A stretch of DNA of 64,000 bases from an uncultured Cytophagia bacterium (lineage in GTDB: Bacteria; Zhuqueibacterota; Zhuqueibacteria; Residuimicrobiales; Residuimicrobiaceae): assembly GCA_964387285.1 (NCBI GenBank), contig CAYLWO010000002.1:4070-68069 (forward strand), read 5' to 3'. Each line of letters opens with the position of its first letter. Positions within the stretch are counted from its first letter, which is position 1. Made by a program: the position numbers and the translations under genes. The notes below the pieces were generated by a model that was not told the origin of the DNA, did not search any database, and saw only the letters and a list, made by a program, of their open reading frames with translations. This document shows, piece after piece, positions 9,584 to 19,295 of the stretch.

Positions 9584-11749
9584 TCATTCATTCAGCACCA
9601 TGCTCAAGCCGATGCGATGCCGCTCCTTGTCAATGTTGATCACCCTGACCTCGATCACATCGCCAACCGACACCACCTCCAGCGGATTTTTCACATATTT
9701 CTTTGCCATGCGACTGAGATGCACCAGGCCATCCTCCTTGACGCCAATGTCCACAAACGCGCCAAAATCCACCACATTGCGCACCGTGCCTTTCAAGATC
9801 ATGCCCACGGCCAAATCATCTATGGAAAGCACATCGCTGCGTAAAATCGGTTTCGGCATTTCATCGCGCGGATCGCGATCCGGTTTTTCCAGGCAGGAGA
9901 TGATGTCCATCAGCGTTTCGCGACCGCAGCCGCATTTGTCGCTCAGCTGATCAATTGTTATTTTGCTTTTCTGCAGCTGTCGACTGATCAGCCGGCCATC
10001 GTCCTTAACGCCGGCCATATCCAATTCCAACTCGGTTAACAACCTCCTGGCAGCTTCATAGGATTCTGGGTGAACAGCCGTCGAATCTAGAAATTCCACT
10101 GCATCCGGTATGCGTAAAAATCCCGCCGACTGTACAAACGCATTCTCGCCCAGTCCTTTAATCTCGTGCAGCTGTTCACGCCTTTGAAACGCACCGTTCT
10201 CTTCGCGATACGTAACAATGTTCTCAGCCACGCGGCTGTTGATGCCGGATACGTATTTCAACAGGGAAGCGGAAGCGGTGTTGAGATTGACGCCTACCTG
10301 GTTCACGCAAGATTCTACGGCCTGATCCAGAGATTTCGCCAGGTTGACCTGATCCACATCGTGCTGATACAGGCCTACGCCGATGGATTTAGGATCGATC
10401 TTGACCAATTCGGATAACGGATCCAGCAACCGCCGGGCAATGGAGATGTTGCCGCGTTGTGAAGCTTCCAATTCCGGAAACTCTTTTTTCGCTATCGGCG
10501 AAGCAGAGTAGACCGATGCACCCGCCTCATTGACGATCGTATAACTGACATTTTTAAATTTTGTTATCACTTCTGCGACCAGTTTTTCAGTCTCTCGGCT
10601 GGCTGTGCCGTTGCCGATGGCGATGATTTCCAACCGATAATCCTGAATCAGCTCGAAAAGAATTTCAATGGCTTCCTGCCAGCGTTTTTGCGGTTCATGC
10701 GGAAAAATGGTATCGCCTTCCAGATATTTGCCGGTTTCATCAATAACCGCCACCTTGCAGCCGGTGCGAAAACCCGGATCAATGCCCATGATTTTTTTCC
10801 CGCGCATGGGGGGACCCATCAACAAGGCGCGCAGGTTGGCGCCAAATACCCGTATAGCATGTGCATCCGCCCGTTCGCGCATTTCGCTGCGAATTTCCCG
10901 TTCAATGGCCGGTGCAATCAGGCGATGATAAGCATCAGCGATGGCAACGCGCAACTCATCGGTAAAGATTGATCTGCTATTGGTGATATATTGTTGTTCT
11001 ATCGCCAGCACCATTTCCGATTCTGCGACATCGATCCAGACTTTGAGAAAATCTTCCCGCTCGCCGCGATTAACGGCGAGAATCCGATGCGGCGGGATCG
11101 TTTTCACCGGTTCGGAAAAAGCTTTGTACAACTCGTAATTGCCGGGATTTTCTTCGTCCTTCGCTTCAGATCGCAACACACCCTGGGCAAATGAGTTTTC
11201 ACGAATCATGCGGCGGATGTTGGCGTCGTCCGAAACGATTTCCGCTACAATGTCCCGGCCGCCGGCCAGAGCCTCTTTTGCCGATAAAACGCCCTTCTCC
11301 TCATTTATGTATAACGCGGCGATCTCCAGGGGGTCGCCCAGTTCCTGTTCCTGCTGCAAAATAATTTGTGCTAACGGTTCAAGTCCCTTTTCGCGGGCAA
11401 TCATAGCGCGCGTGCGCCGCTTGGGCTTGTATGGCAGATAGAGATCCTCCACCTCCTGCAACTTGATCGCAGCATTAATTTGCGCGGCCAGTTCCAGAGT
11501 CAGCTTGCCTTGTTCTTCAATGCTTTTGAGCACGGCTTGTTTGCGCTCTTCGAGGGTGCGCAGGTATTTGCTGCGTTCTTCAACAGCGCGGATCTGCTCC
11601 TCATCCAGACTGCCGGTGACCTCCTTCCGATAACGCGCGATAAACGGCACAGTATTGTCGCCATCCAACAACTCTATTGTATTTTTAACTTGATGCCATC
11701 GCAGGCCAAGTTCTTCTGCGATGAGTGTTATCATTTGTGACTCGTCCAA
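9584..11749 (-). CDS. tex: Transcription accessory protein Tex (YqgF/HhH/S1 domains)
   Basis: N-term MDESQMITLIAEELGLRWHQVKNTIELLDGDNTVPFIARYRKE is the Tex signature. A C-terminal S1 domain is present; 721 aa. Confidence 0.9.
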   Translation of the reverse strand: MDESQMITLIAEELGLRWHQVKNTIELLDGDNTVPFIARYRKEVTGSLDEEQIRAVEERSKYLRTLEERKQAVLKSIEEQGKLTLELAAQINAAIKLQEVEDLYLPYKPKRRTRAMIAREKGLEPLAQIILQQEQELGDPLEIAALYINEEKGVLSAKEALAGGRDIVAEIVSDDANIRRMIRENSFAQGVLRSEAKDEENPGNYELYKAFSEPVKTIPPHRILAVNRGEREDFLKVWIDVAESEMVLAIEQQYITNSRSIFTDELRVAIADAYHRLIAPAIEREIRSEMRERADAHAIRVFGANLRALLMGPPMRGKKIMGIDPGFRTGCKVAVIDETGKYLEGDTIFPHEPQKRWQEAIEILFELIQDYRLEIIAIGNGTASRETEKLVAEVITKFKNVSYTIVNEAGASVYSASPIAKKEFPELEASQRGNISIARRLLDPLSELVKIDPKSIGVGLYQHDVDQVNLAKSLDQAVESCVNQVGVNLNTASASLLKYVSGINSRVAENIVTYREENGAFQRREQLHEIKGLGENAFVQSAGFLRIPDAVEFLDSTAVHPESYEAARRLLTELELDMAGVKDDGRLISRQLQKSKITIDQLSDKCGCGRETLMDIISCLEKPDRDPRDEMPKPILRSDVLSIDDLAVGMILKGTVRNVVDFGAFVDIGVKEDGLVHLSRMAKKYVKNPLEVVSVGDVIEVRVINIDKERHRIGLSMVLNE

Positions 11750-11769
11750 TCCACTCCTCCTTTGTCAGC

Positions 11770-12534
11770 TCAACCCTTGAACTGTTTCATCTTTTCGTAC
11801 TGTTTTAATATTTCACCCATATAGGTCGGCACATCATCCGGCAAAATGCCGTTAGGGCGTCCTTCCTTGATCCATTGACTGGCCCGCCACTCGCCGACGC
11901 GACGTGCAGCCAAAGCGCCATCCACGCCATAAATATCGATAAGAGCTGCCAAATATCGCGTACCAATACGAATATTAAGGATGGGATTCAACAAAATCTC
12001 GTCCGGAGTCACCCAGTTCAAATTCATATTACGTGCAATGTAGGACCCGGTAATCGGCATTACCTGCATGAGACCCATGGCGCCTTCTCGCGAGATCATC
12101 TCCGGATTCCAGGTCCCGTTGGTTTCAAAGGTGATGATGGCGCAGACCAAATGTACGTCCAGGCTGGTGTATTGCAAGCTGGCGTCATATATTTCACGCG
12201 CCACGTCGTACTTTAACGGGCCGGGCATTGTTTGGTTATACTGCGAAATGAGGGCGCTAATCCGCGCAATATTAAACTGTCGCAAACTCTCGATATTCAT
12301 CGAGGCGCGTTGGCCTTTAATCACCTCTTCCAATTCGGTAATCTTTTTCAGATAGCGATTGTTATAGGTATATTTGATGCCGACTGCGACAATAATTAAC
12401 AACGCCAACGCCGACAACACCCAGATGGCATGGCGCAGATAATGCATGAATTTTTCTTCATTGAATAGCATTTTACGCTCCCATAAAAATTGAACTGCTG
12501 CCATAAAAATACAAAATTGCCGTGATTCTATCAA
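11770..12534 (-). CDS. Membrane-anchored lytic transglycosylase (SLT domain)
   Basis: N-terminal TM helix. SLT catalytic region EGAMGLMQVMPITGSYIA. Confidence 0.75.
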   Translation of the reverse strand: MIESRQFCIFMAAVQFLWERKMLFNEEKFMHYLRHAIWVLSALALLIIVAVGIKYTYNNRYLKKITELEEVIKGQRASMNIESLRQFNIARISALISQYNQTMPGPLKYDVAREIYDASLQYTSLDVHLVCAIITFETNGTWNPEMISREGAMGLMQVMPITGSYIARNMNLNWVTPDEILLNPILNIRIGTRYLAALIDIYGVDGALAARRVGEWRASQWIKEGRPNGILPDDVPTYMGEILKQYEKMKQFKG

Positions 12535-12607
12535 TCAATTTCCCATTTGTTTACCATCCACAAAAACCTTGCTTGTTATGGATATTTTAAATACTTTGCA
12601 AGGTTGA

Positions 12608-13708
12608 ATGGAAGCGTTAATGATCCTTGCATCTTTTATTGCTTTACTACTCTATGCCGGCATATTGCTCTGGCTGTACTTTGGCCTGGAGCGTCGTCAA
12701 CCACAGGCGCCTGTGCAGAAAGAAAAAATAACTGTTATCATTGCCGTGCGCAATCGCCGCGAAGAATTGCTGCGCTGTCTGCAAGCCTTGGCCAATCAGG
12801 AATATGACCGCCCTTACAACGTTATTATCGTAGACGATCATTCGACAGACGGTACGTTTGAAATCACAGAACAGTTTCTCCAACACCATTCAGACTGGCG
12901 AATCATTCATGCCGAGTCTTCATCCGCATGCGCCAGTTCGAAAAGAGCCGCTTTACATCAAGCTATTCTACAAGCAGAAGGCGAATGGCTAGTCTTTACG
13001 GATGCGGATTGTATTCCCCCAGTCACATGGTTGTCCGGCTTGAGCGGGTATTTTTCAGCAGAGACGGTTTTGGTGGCAGGATTTTCTCCGCAAGTCAGCG
13101 CCGGAAAAAGCGGGTGGAGCAACGTACTGCTTATCGATAGTCTATCCGCGGCACTGGTATCTGCAGCGACCATTGGCCGACAATACGGCGTTACCGGCGT
13201 TGGCCGCAACCTAGCCTATCGTCGCTCAGCTTGGAACAAAATTTCCGGATTTGACGCCTTGCCGGATACCTTGTCCGGGGATGATGATTTTATCATTCAG
13301 GAATTAAGTCGGCACGGTCGCGTACAGTATTGTCTGTCCCCGGAAGCGGTCGTCCCGGCACAAGGACCGTCTGACCTGCGTGAATTTTTGTGGCAAAAAC
13401 AGCGCCATCTTTCCAGCGGGCAATTTTATCCACTGCCGGCTAAAATTGCTTATAGCGCTTATCACAGTACAAACTTGCTGCTCTGGCCGCTCTTTTTCTT
13501 CGGTCTATGGAATCACTGGCTATTTTATCCTCTTTTGTGCAAATGGGTGCTCGACTTTTATGTTCTCCAGGACCTGGCAAAACGGTTGCAGCAGAAAATA
13601 CGCTGCCTGCCTTTTTTGATTTGGCAGGGAATTTTTGTATTTTATAACATCCGGGCAGGCTGGCAGCGATTTCGACCTCCGCCCACCTGGCAGGCAGATG
13701 GACCGTGA
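12608..13708 (+). CDS. Membrane GT2 glycosyltransferase, ceramide-glucosyltransferase/HpnI-like (GT21-like) paralog 1
   Basis: N-TM, VIIAVRNRREEL...VIIVDDHSTDGT (D1/D2), FTDADC, SGDDDF (D3), QKQRH (QxxRW-like) and C-terminal TM helices. Confidence 0.75.
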   Translation: MEALMILASFIALLLYAGILLWLYFGLERRQPQAPVQKEKITVIIAVRNRREELLRCLQALANQEYDRPYNVIIVDDHSTDGTFEITEQFLQHHSDWRIIHAESSSACASSKRAALHQAILQAEGEWLVFTDADCIPPVTWLSGLSGYFSAETVLVAGFSPQVSAGKSGWSNVLLIDSLSAALVSAATIGRQYGVTGVGRNLAYRRSAWNKISGFDALPDTLSGDDDFIIQELSRHGRVQYCLSPEAVVPAQGPSDLREFLWQKQRHLSSGQFYPLPAKIAYSAYHSTNLLLWPLFFFGLWNHWLFYPLLCKWVLDFYVLQDLAKRLQQKIRCLPFLIWQGIFVFYNIRAGWQRFRPPPTWQADGP

Positions 13709-14511
13709 GAAAAAAAATTAACGAAATACTGTGGTCCGAATATCAGGCTGCGATGCTGCATCGCGGCTGGTTAATTGCCGAAATTTTAGAAAAACGACTC
13801 GATTTAGCCGGCGCCCGAATAGCGGATTTGGGATGCGGCCATGGCGGCGCATCGCTGCAACTAGCCGAACGAGGGGCAGTTGTGGCCGCAGTCGATCGTC
13901 GAGCAGATACGGCAGCGCAACTCCAGGAGATGGCGCAAAAGAAAAAACTGACCGTTACCGTTCATGCTGCCGACATAGAAACCTGGCAGCCGCAAACTCC
14001 TGTGGATGCTGTTGTGCTGTGGGATGTACTGGAACATATTGCCCATCCCTTACTGCTGTTGCAGCATATCCGACGATTTCTCAAACCGAAAGGATTTTTA
14101 CTTTTGGCTACGCCGAATAAATGGTCACCGCTCAATCTGCTCTGCGATCCGCACTATAGTTTGCCCGGTATAGCTTGCTGCAAACGCACCCGTGTCTATA
14201 AAATCGTCGTGCAACGCTTGCATTGGTTTGCACCGGAGAAAACAGATATTGCACAATTAATTTCCTGGCGTGAATTACACGCCCTTTTACATGGCGCCGG
14301 TTTTAATTATGACTGGGTGGTTAAAGAGGTCTCAGAACTGGCTCTACAGAATCCGGCCAGCATATGGAACCGGCCTTGGCATTTACGATTGATTCACCTG
14401 ATAATGAACATGCGTCTGTCGCGCATCGTTCTCTCTGCGGCGCCGAAAAAACCGGGCTTGCTTAACCAAAGGCTTTTACCGACCTTTTATGTGCTGGCGA
14501 GTAAACGGTGA
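13705..14511 (+). CDS. Class I SAM-dependent methyltransferase
   Basis: Motif I DLGCGHGGASLQLA, post-I acidic VDRRAD, motif II VDAVVLWDVLEH. GTG start overlaps the upstream stop (GTGA). Confidence 0.75.
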   Translation: MRKKINEILWSEYQAAMLHRGWLIAEILEKRLDLAGARIADLGCGHGGASLQLAERGAVVAAVDRRADTAAQLQEMAQKKKLTVTVHAADIETWQPQTPVDAVVLWDVLEHIAHPLLLLQHIRRFLKPKGFLLLATPNKWSPLNLLCDPHYSLPGIACCKRTRVYKIVVQRLHWFAPEKTDIAQLISWRELHALLHGAGFNYDWVVKEVSELALQNPASIWNRPWHLRLIHLIMNMRLSRIVLSAAPKKPGLLNQRLLPTFYVLASKR

Positions 14512-15518
14512 AAGAACTTCCGATCAGAGCAATATTGAAAAGCATCACACGGTATCGCCTGAATAATGCGTTAAAACTGAGCGCCGGCTTTATTTTTTCA
14601 AAATTGCTGGGTTATCCATTTGTTTGGGGCCAGCCTTTTGTGGTGACGATAGAGCCAACCAATCTCTGCAATCTGGCCTGTCCACAGTGCGCGGTCGGCG
14701 CCGGAGTCTTGACGCGCCCTCGCGGCCAAATGCCGCTGGATCTCTATCGTGACATTTTAGAACAGATGCATCGTTCCCTCTGCTATTTACTGCTATACGA
14801 TCAGGGCGAACCGCTGTTGCATACGGACTATTGCGAAATGATTCGATTAGCAAAAGCCAAAAACATGGCCGTCACCTGCAGCAGCAACGGTCAATTGCTT
14901 GGCGATAAAGATATAGCCCGTTGCCTGGTCGCTTCCGGGCTGGACAACCTGATTATCTCCATCGACGGTTTGACGGAACAAACGTACCAAACCTATCGAA
15001 AAGGCGGGCAACTGTCTAAAGCAATCCAGGCAATCAAAAATGTTCAACAGGCTCGAAGCATTCTCAAAACAAAAACACCGCGAATTTGCGTTCAATTTCT
15101 GGTTACAAAACATAATGAAACCGAATTGCCGCACCTGGCTGAAGCGGTTCGCGACTGGGGGGCTGATCTACTGCTGATAAAAAGCATGCAGATTTGCACA
15201 CCGGCTGATGCTGAACAGTGGCTGCCGCGGCAGGAAAAATATCGCCGGTATCGAACCCGGAACAATCAACTGGTTACAAAAAAAAGAAACCGCATATGCC
15301 CCCGCTTGTGGTACAGCAGCGTCATACATCAGGACGGCAGCGTGGTGGCTTGTTGCTTTGACAAAGACAATCAATTCGTTCTCGGCCGCATGACCGAGAC
15401 GCCGTTTACACAACTCTGGCACGGTTCCGCTTTACAGGCATTGCGTACGGCTGTGCTGAATAAAACCAAACCAAATTTATGTAGAAATTGCACAAATGGA
15501 CTGGCGCTTTACAAATAA
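14508..15518 (+). CDS. Radical SAM protein, MoaA/HpnH-like with Cys-rich C-terminal (SPASM/twitch-like) domain, paralog 1
   Basis: EPTNLCNLACPQC (Cx3Cx2C) and GEPLLH. C-term CPRLW...VVACCFD...LCRNC. The GTGA overlap with the upstream gene indicates coupling. Confidence 0.7.
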   Translation: MKELPIRAILKSITRYRLNNALKLSAGFIFSKLLGYPFVWGQPFVVTIEPTNLCNLACPQCAVGAGVLTRPRGQMPLDLYRDILEQMHRSLCYLLLYDQGEPLLHTDYCEMIRLAKAKNMAVTCSSNGQLLGDKDIARCLVASGLDNLIISIDGLTEQTYQTYRKGGQLSKAIQAIKNVQQARSILKTKTPRICVQFLVTKHNETELPHLAEAVRDWGADLLLIKSMQICTPADAEQWLPRQEKYRRYRTRNNQLVTKKRNRICPRLWYSSVIHQDGSVVACCFDKDNQFVLGRMTETPFTQLWHGSALQALRTAVLNKTKPNLCRNCTNGLALYK

Positions 15519-16470
15519 AAAAACCGTCATCTTTTGGATCAAAGGCGTGATTGCCGTTTGCGTTCTCGCACTTTTGGTGCGGCGCATCAGTTGGCGCGCT
15601 CTGCTGGAGGCTGTATATCAGGCGCAGGCAGAATGGATTATCGCAGCGGCCCTTTTATTGATTCCCAATATTTTTTGTCAGTTTAAACGCTGGCAACTCA
15701 TCACCCGACAGCTCCATCCGGATACGTCGAATCCGGTGGTGGCGCGTTCTCTTTTTGCCGGCATCACTCTCGGTTTTATCACGCCCGGCCGCATCGGCGA
15801 TCTGGGGCGAACGATTTTTATTCCACAGGCCAATTGGCTTGGATTGGTCGGTTTGATGTTGGTGGAAAAATGGTATAGCCTGCTGATCATTTACTGGTTC
15901 GGCTTATTAGGCATCATTCCCATCCTGTCGACCGCGTTTAAACTGGAACTGTGGATCCCGGCCGTGCTGACCGGACTGATTATGATTTTGGCCGGCATCA
16001 GCCTGGTGTTGCATCCGGGATTTTTAAATTATATTCTCAAACGCTTCGACAAAGCGAGAAAAAGAAAACGACTGCATCAGGTCTTTGCCGGCATCAATGC
16101 CTTGACGCCAAAATTGTCCCTCCAGCTTTTGCTTTATACCCTGATACAGGTCCTCGTTTATTTCGGACAATTCTACCTTCTCGTGAGAGCATTTACCCCC
16201 TTGCCGCTCTTGCGGGGCTTGGCAGCCGTCGCGGCGATCATGTGGAGTAAAACCCTGCTGCCCATTTCTCTAGGCGATCTGGGCGTGCGTGAAAGCGCAG
16301 CCGTTTATTTCCTCGGCAAATTGCATACGCCCGCAGCCGTTGCGTTTGACAGCGCCTTACTCTTGTTCGCCATCAATATTTTACTGCCGGCCATTATCGG
16401 CTTTGTGGTATTGCTGCAGAGTCGAATCTTGCAAAATGGGCCCGGTAAAACCATGAGGTCACGGTGCTGA
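15496..16470 (+). CDS. Flippase-like integral membrane protein (lysylphosphatidylglycerol-synthase TM-region / UPF0104 family)
   Basis: About 8 predicted TM helices. Conserved FITPGRIGDLGRT motif. 23-nt overlap with the upstream gene. Confidence 0.6.
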   Translation: MDWRFTNKKTVIFWIKGVIAVCVLALLVRRISWRALLEAVYQAQAEWIIAAALLLIPNIFCQFKRWQLITRQLHPDTSNPVVARSLFAGITLGFITPGRIGDLGRTIFIPQANWLGLVGLMLVEKWYSLLIIYWFGLLGIIPILSTAFKLELWIPAVLTGLIMILAGISLVLHPGFLNYILKRFDKARKRKRLHQVFAGINALTPKLSLQLLLYTLIQVLVYFGQFYLLVRAFTPLPLLRGLAAVAAIMWSKTLLPISLGDLGVRESAAVYFLGKLHTPAAVAFDSALLLFAINILLPAIIGFVVLLQSRILQNGPGKTMRSRC

Positions 16471-17579
16471 TATATTATCTCGTTATTTCTCTAGTATACA
16501 TTTTATTTATCGCCTGGATATACAAGGGGATTCAGCAGTTAAATGAACAAAAGGTAAATTTTCAACAACCGATTGTCAATGTCATCGTTCCAGCGCGCAA
16601 TGAAGCCGCAAATCTTGCCGAATGTCTAACGCATTTAAAGCAACAGAGTTATCCGGCACATCGTTACGAAATCATCGTCGTCGATGACGGCTCTGTTGAT
16701 GAAACAGGCAGGATAGCAAAAGAGCAGGGCGTTCGCTGCCTGACTCTGGATGTTATTCCCAAGGGCTGGTCGCCCAAAAAGGCCGCCCTGGCCCTGGCGA
16801 TCCGCAACAGCAATGCAGAAATTATTCTAACCACCGATGCGGATTGCCGTGCGCCGCGGGAATGGATCGAATCCATGATCCGTCATTTCACGGCCGATGT
16901 CGGCGTTGTGGCTTCGTGGGTTGGGATTGCCGAAACAGGCTCCTTGCTGGCGCGTTTAGAAGCTCTGGATACGCTTTCGTATCAAATGATTGGCGCTGCG
17001 GCCATCGGACACGGAAAACCTTTTTTGGCTAACGGCGCCAATTGGGGGTACAGACGCGAGCTTTATGCTGAGGTCAACGGCTTTAGCGGCATCGAATCAT
17101 TGGCCTCCGGCGACGATGATCTGTTACTGCAAAAAATGGCGCAAAACGGCAAATGGCGCGCAGCCTTCAGCAACGAATCAAGCACGCGCCTTATCACCAA
17201 AAGCTGCACGTCCTGGTCCGGCTTTTTCATGCAGCGCCTGCGCTGGGCTTCCAAGAGCCATCGTTATCCGCTATCCGTTATTCTTTTGGAAGGATTTATT
17301 TTTATTTACCATTCTTCCCTGTGGTTGGTATTGGTCTTAAAAATTAACTCGCCGCTCTGGTTTTTATTTCTTCTGGTTAAACTGGTCAGCGATGCTCTAT
17401 TGGTTCGCACGGTGATGCAAAACATCAATTTTAAATTTCACTGCTTCGATATGCTGCTGGCCCAGATCGGACAGATGATTTACACGGTTATCCTCGGCTT
17501 GCTGGCGTGGCGCGGCCGCTTTGTCTGGAAAAATCGTGTTTATAATCGCGGTACGCTGGTTGAAGAAAAAAGGGTTTGA
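16464..17579 (+). CDS. Membrane GT2 glycosyltransferase, GT21-like paralog 2
   Basis: VNVIVPARNEAANL, IIVVDDGSVDET, TTDADC, SGDDDLL, QRLRWASK and C-terminal TMs. GTG start overlaps the upstream stop. Confidence 0.75.
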   Translation: MLIYYLVISLVYILFIAWIYKGIQQLNEQKVNFQQPIVNVIVPARNEAANLAECLTHLKQQSYPAHRYEIIVVDDGSVDETGRIAKEQGVRCLTLDVIPKGWSPKKAALALAIRNSNAEIILTTDADCRAPREWIESMIRHFTADVGVVASWVGIAETGSLLARLEALDTLSYQMIGAAAIGHGKPFLANGANWGYRRELYAEVNGFSGIESLASGDDDLLLQKMAQNGKWRAAFSNESSTRLITKSCTSWSGFFMQRLRWASKSHRYPLSVILLEGFIFIYHSSLWLVLVLKINSPLWFLFLLVKLVSDALLVRTVMQNINFKFHCFDMLLAQIGQMIYTVILGLLAWRGRFVWKNRVYNRGTLVEEKRV

Positions 17580-17638
17580 AAAAAAGCTCTTGTTTGATAT
17601 ATTTAGCTGAATGGCACGATAGGCGCCCGCAAAACAAC

Positions 17639-17666
17639 CTTGCGAAGGTTTAGAGCCTTCGCCAAG
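17639..17666. terminator. REP-like palindromic hairpin (family C/D copy 1), possible internal terminator/attenuator
   Basis: cttgcgaaggtttagagccttcgccaag is a near-perfect inverted repeat, about 60 nt after the GT2 paralog 2 stop. It is near-identical to 51447-51474. No strong T-run follows. Confidence 0.4.
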
Positions 17667-17725
17667 ATAATACAATCGTTCAGTTCTGGTAAATAATATT
17701 TTGACACCCGTTTTGGGATTATCGA

Positions 17726-19288
17726 ATGAAACACATTCTTGCCATAACCATCATTTCATATTCGCTGCTCTTTTCGGCCCCCCCCAGTTCCGTGAATGTG
17801 CCGAATGACTATTGGGGATATGGTTTTCTGGAACGTATGGAAACCAAGGGACTGTTGAAAAGTTACCAGCTTTGTACCCGCCCTGTTTCGCGTACGATCT
17901 TTGCCGAACTGTTGCGGCAGACGACAGAACAATTGCAGCGCAATGCCGCAATTCTGAGCAAAACGGATCAGCAATTGCTCGAGCAGCTCCAGGGCGATTT
18001 TTACGATGAACTGCATCCTGTCTCATCCGAGCGCGGTCCCGAACGCCATTTTACCAGTTGGAAAGAAGGGCAAAGCCGTTTGCATATCGATCTGTATGGC
18101 AAACAGTCCATCATCTCCAATCGTGGCCAGCAATATGAAACCAGCGAGTTGATCTCTGAAACCTCTCTCGGCGCCATCCTGCGCGGCTCGCTCAGCAACA
18201 CCATCGGATTTTATCTGGATGCGCGCAATGCACTCACCCGCGGCAAGGATGAAATATTGGAAGAAAATTTCGATCCGTCTCAGGGCTCGCCGGTGGTGAT
18301 TTCCGGTTCAAACGTTTTTCAGGATCGCGCGCTCGCTTACTGGACCTGGCAGAATGCCTGGCTGCGCCTGCAAATGGGCCGTGACGAATTGCAATGGGGA
18401 CCGGGATATCATGCCGGTCTTTCCATCTCCGGCAACATGCCGGCAACAGAAATGATCCGCCTCAGCGCCTCCTTTCGTCGTTTTAAATTCAGCTACATTC
18501 ACGCCTTTCTGCGCAGCAGTCTCGGCCCTAAATATCTGGCCGGTCATCGCCTGGATTACATGGTCAAACCCGGCCTCTATTTCGGCGCATCGGAAACGGT
18601 TATTTATGGCCAACGCGACGTCGAGTTCGCCTATCTCAATCCCATCATGCCGATTCATGTCGCGCAACACCATCTGGGCGACAAGGACAACAAGACCATG
18701 AGTTTGGATGCGACCTGCACGCTGGTCCGCAACTGCAAACTGTATCTGGAATATTTCATCGACGACATGACCAGCAGTGAGAGTTTGACCAAATTCTACG
18801 GCAACAAATTCGCCTTTCTGACCGGAATTCTTTGGACCGATCCGTTGCATATCGCCAATACCGATCTTCGCTGCGAATACTCGCACGTCGAGCCGTACGT
18901 CTATACACACTGGGATTCCATCAACATCTACACCAACTATGACCAGATCATCGGCCACTGGTTGGGGCCTAATGCAGACTGTCTCTTCATACAGGCCGGC
19001 TGGCAACCTTTGCGCGATTTTCGCGTCGAGTTTTTTTGGGAACAGCAGCGCAACGGCGCCGGCAACGCGGACACGCGCACCAGACCTGAACAAGGCATGA
19101 CCAAGCAATTTTTGGGCGGCGTGGTGGAAAAGAAAAAAATGATCGGTTTAAAACTGGTCGAACAGATACGTCGCGATATGTTTGCCTCAGTCAGTTATAC
19201 CTACTGTGATACCCGCAACCTGCATCGCCAGGCTGGTAAAACCTCCTTTGATCATCTGGCCCGCTTTGAATTCTGGTTAAATTATTGA
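17726..19288 (+). CDS. Outer-membrane beta-barrel protein, possibly Wzi-like capsule/glycan anchoring family
   Basis: Signal peptide MKHILAITIISYSLLFSA. N-terminal helical region PNDYWGYGFLERMETKGLL. Aromatic-rich amphipathic strands. C-terminal ...FEFWLNY. Confidence 0.45.
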   Translation: MKHILAITIISYSLLFSAPPSSVNVPNDYWGYGFLERMETKGLLKSYQLCTRPVSRTIFAELLRQTTEQLQRNAAILSKTDQQLLEQLQGDFYDELHPVSSERGPERHFTSWKEGQSRLHIDLYGKQSIISNRGQQYETSELISETSLGAILRGSLSNTIGFYLDARNALTRGKDEILEENFDPSQGSPVVISGSNVFQDRALAYWTWQNAWLRLQMGRDELQWGPGYHAGLSISGNMPATEMIRLSASFRRFKFSYIHAFLRSSLGPKYLAGHRLDYMVKPGLYFGASETVIYGQRDVEFAYLNPIMPIHVAQHHLGDKDNKTMSLDATCTLVRNCKLYLEYFIDDMTSSESLTKFYGNKFAFLTGILWTDPLHIANTDLRCEYSHVEPYVYTHWDSINIYTNYDQIIGHWLGPNADCLFIQAGWQPLRDFRVEFFWEQQRNGAGNADTRTRPEQGMTKQFLGGVVEKKKMIGLKLVEQIRRDMFASVSYTYCDTRNLHRQAGKTSFDHLARFEFWLNY

Positions 19289-19295
19289 TCCGGCC

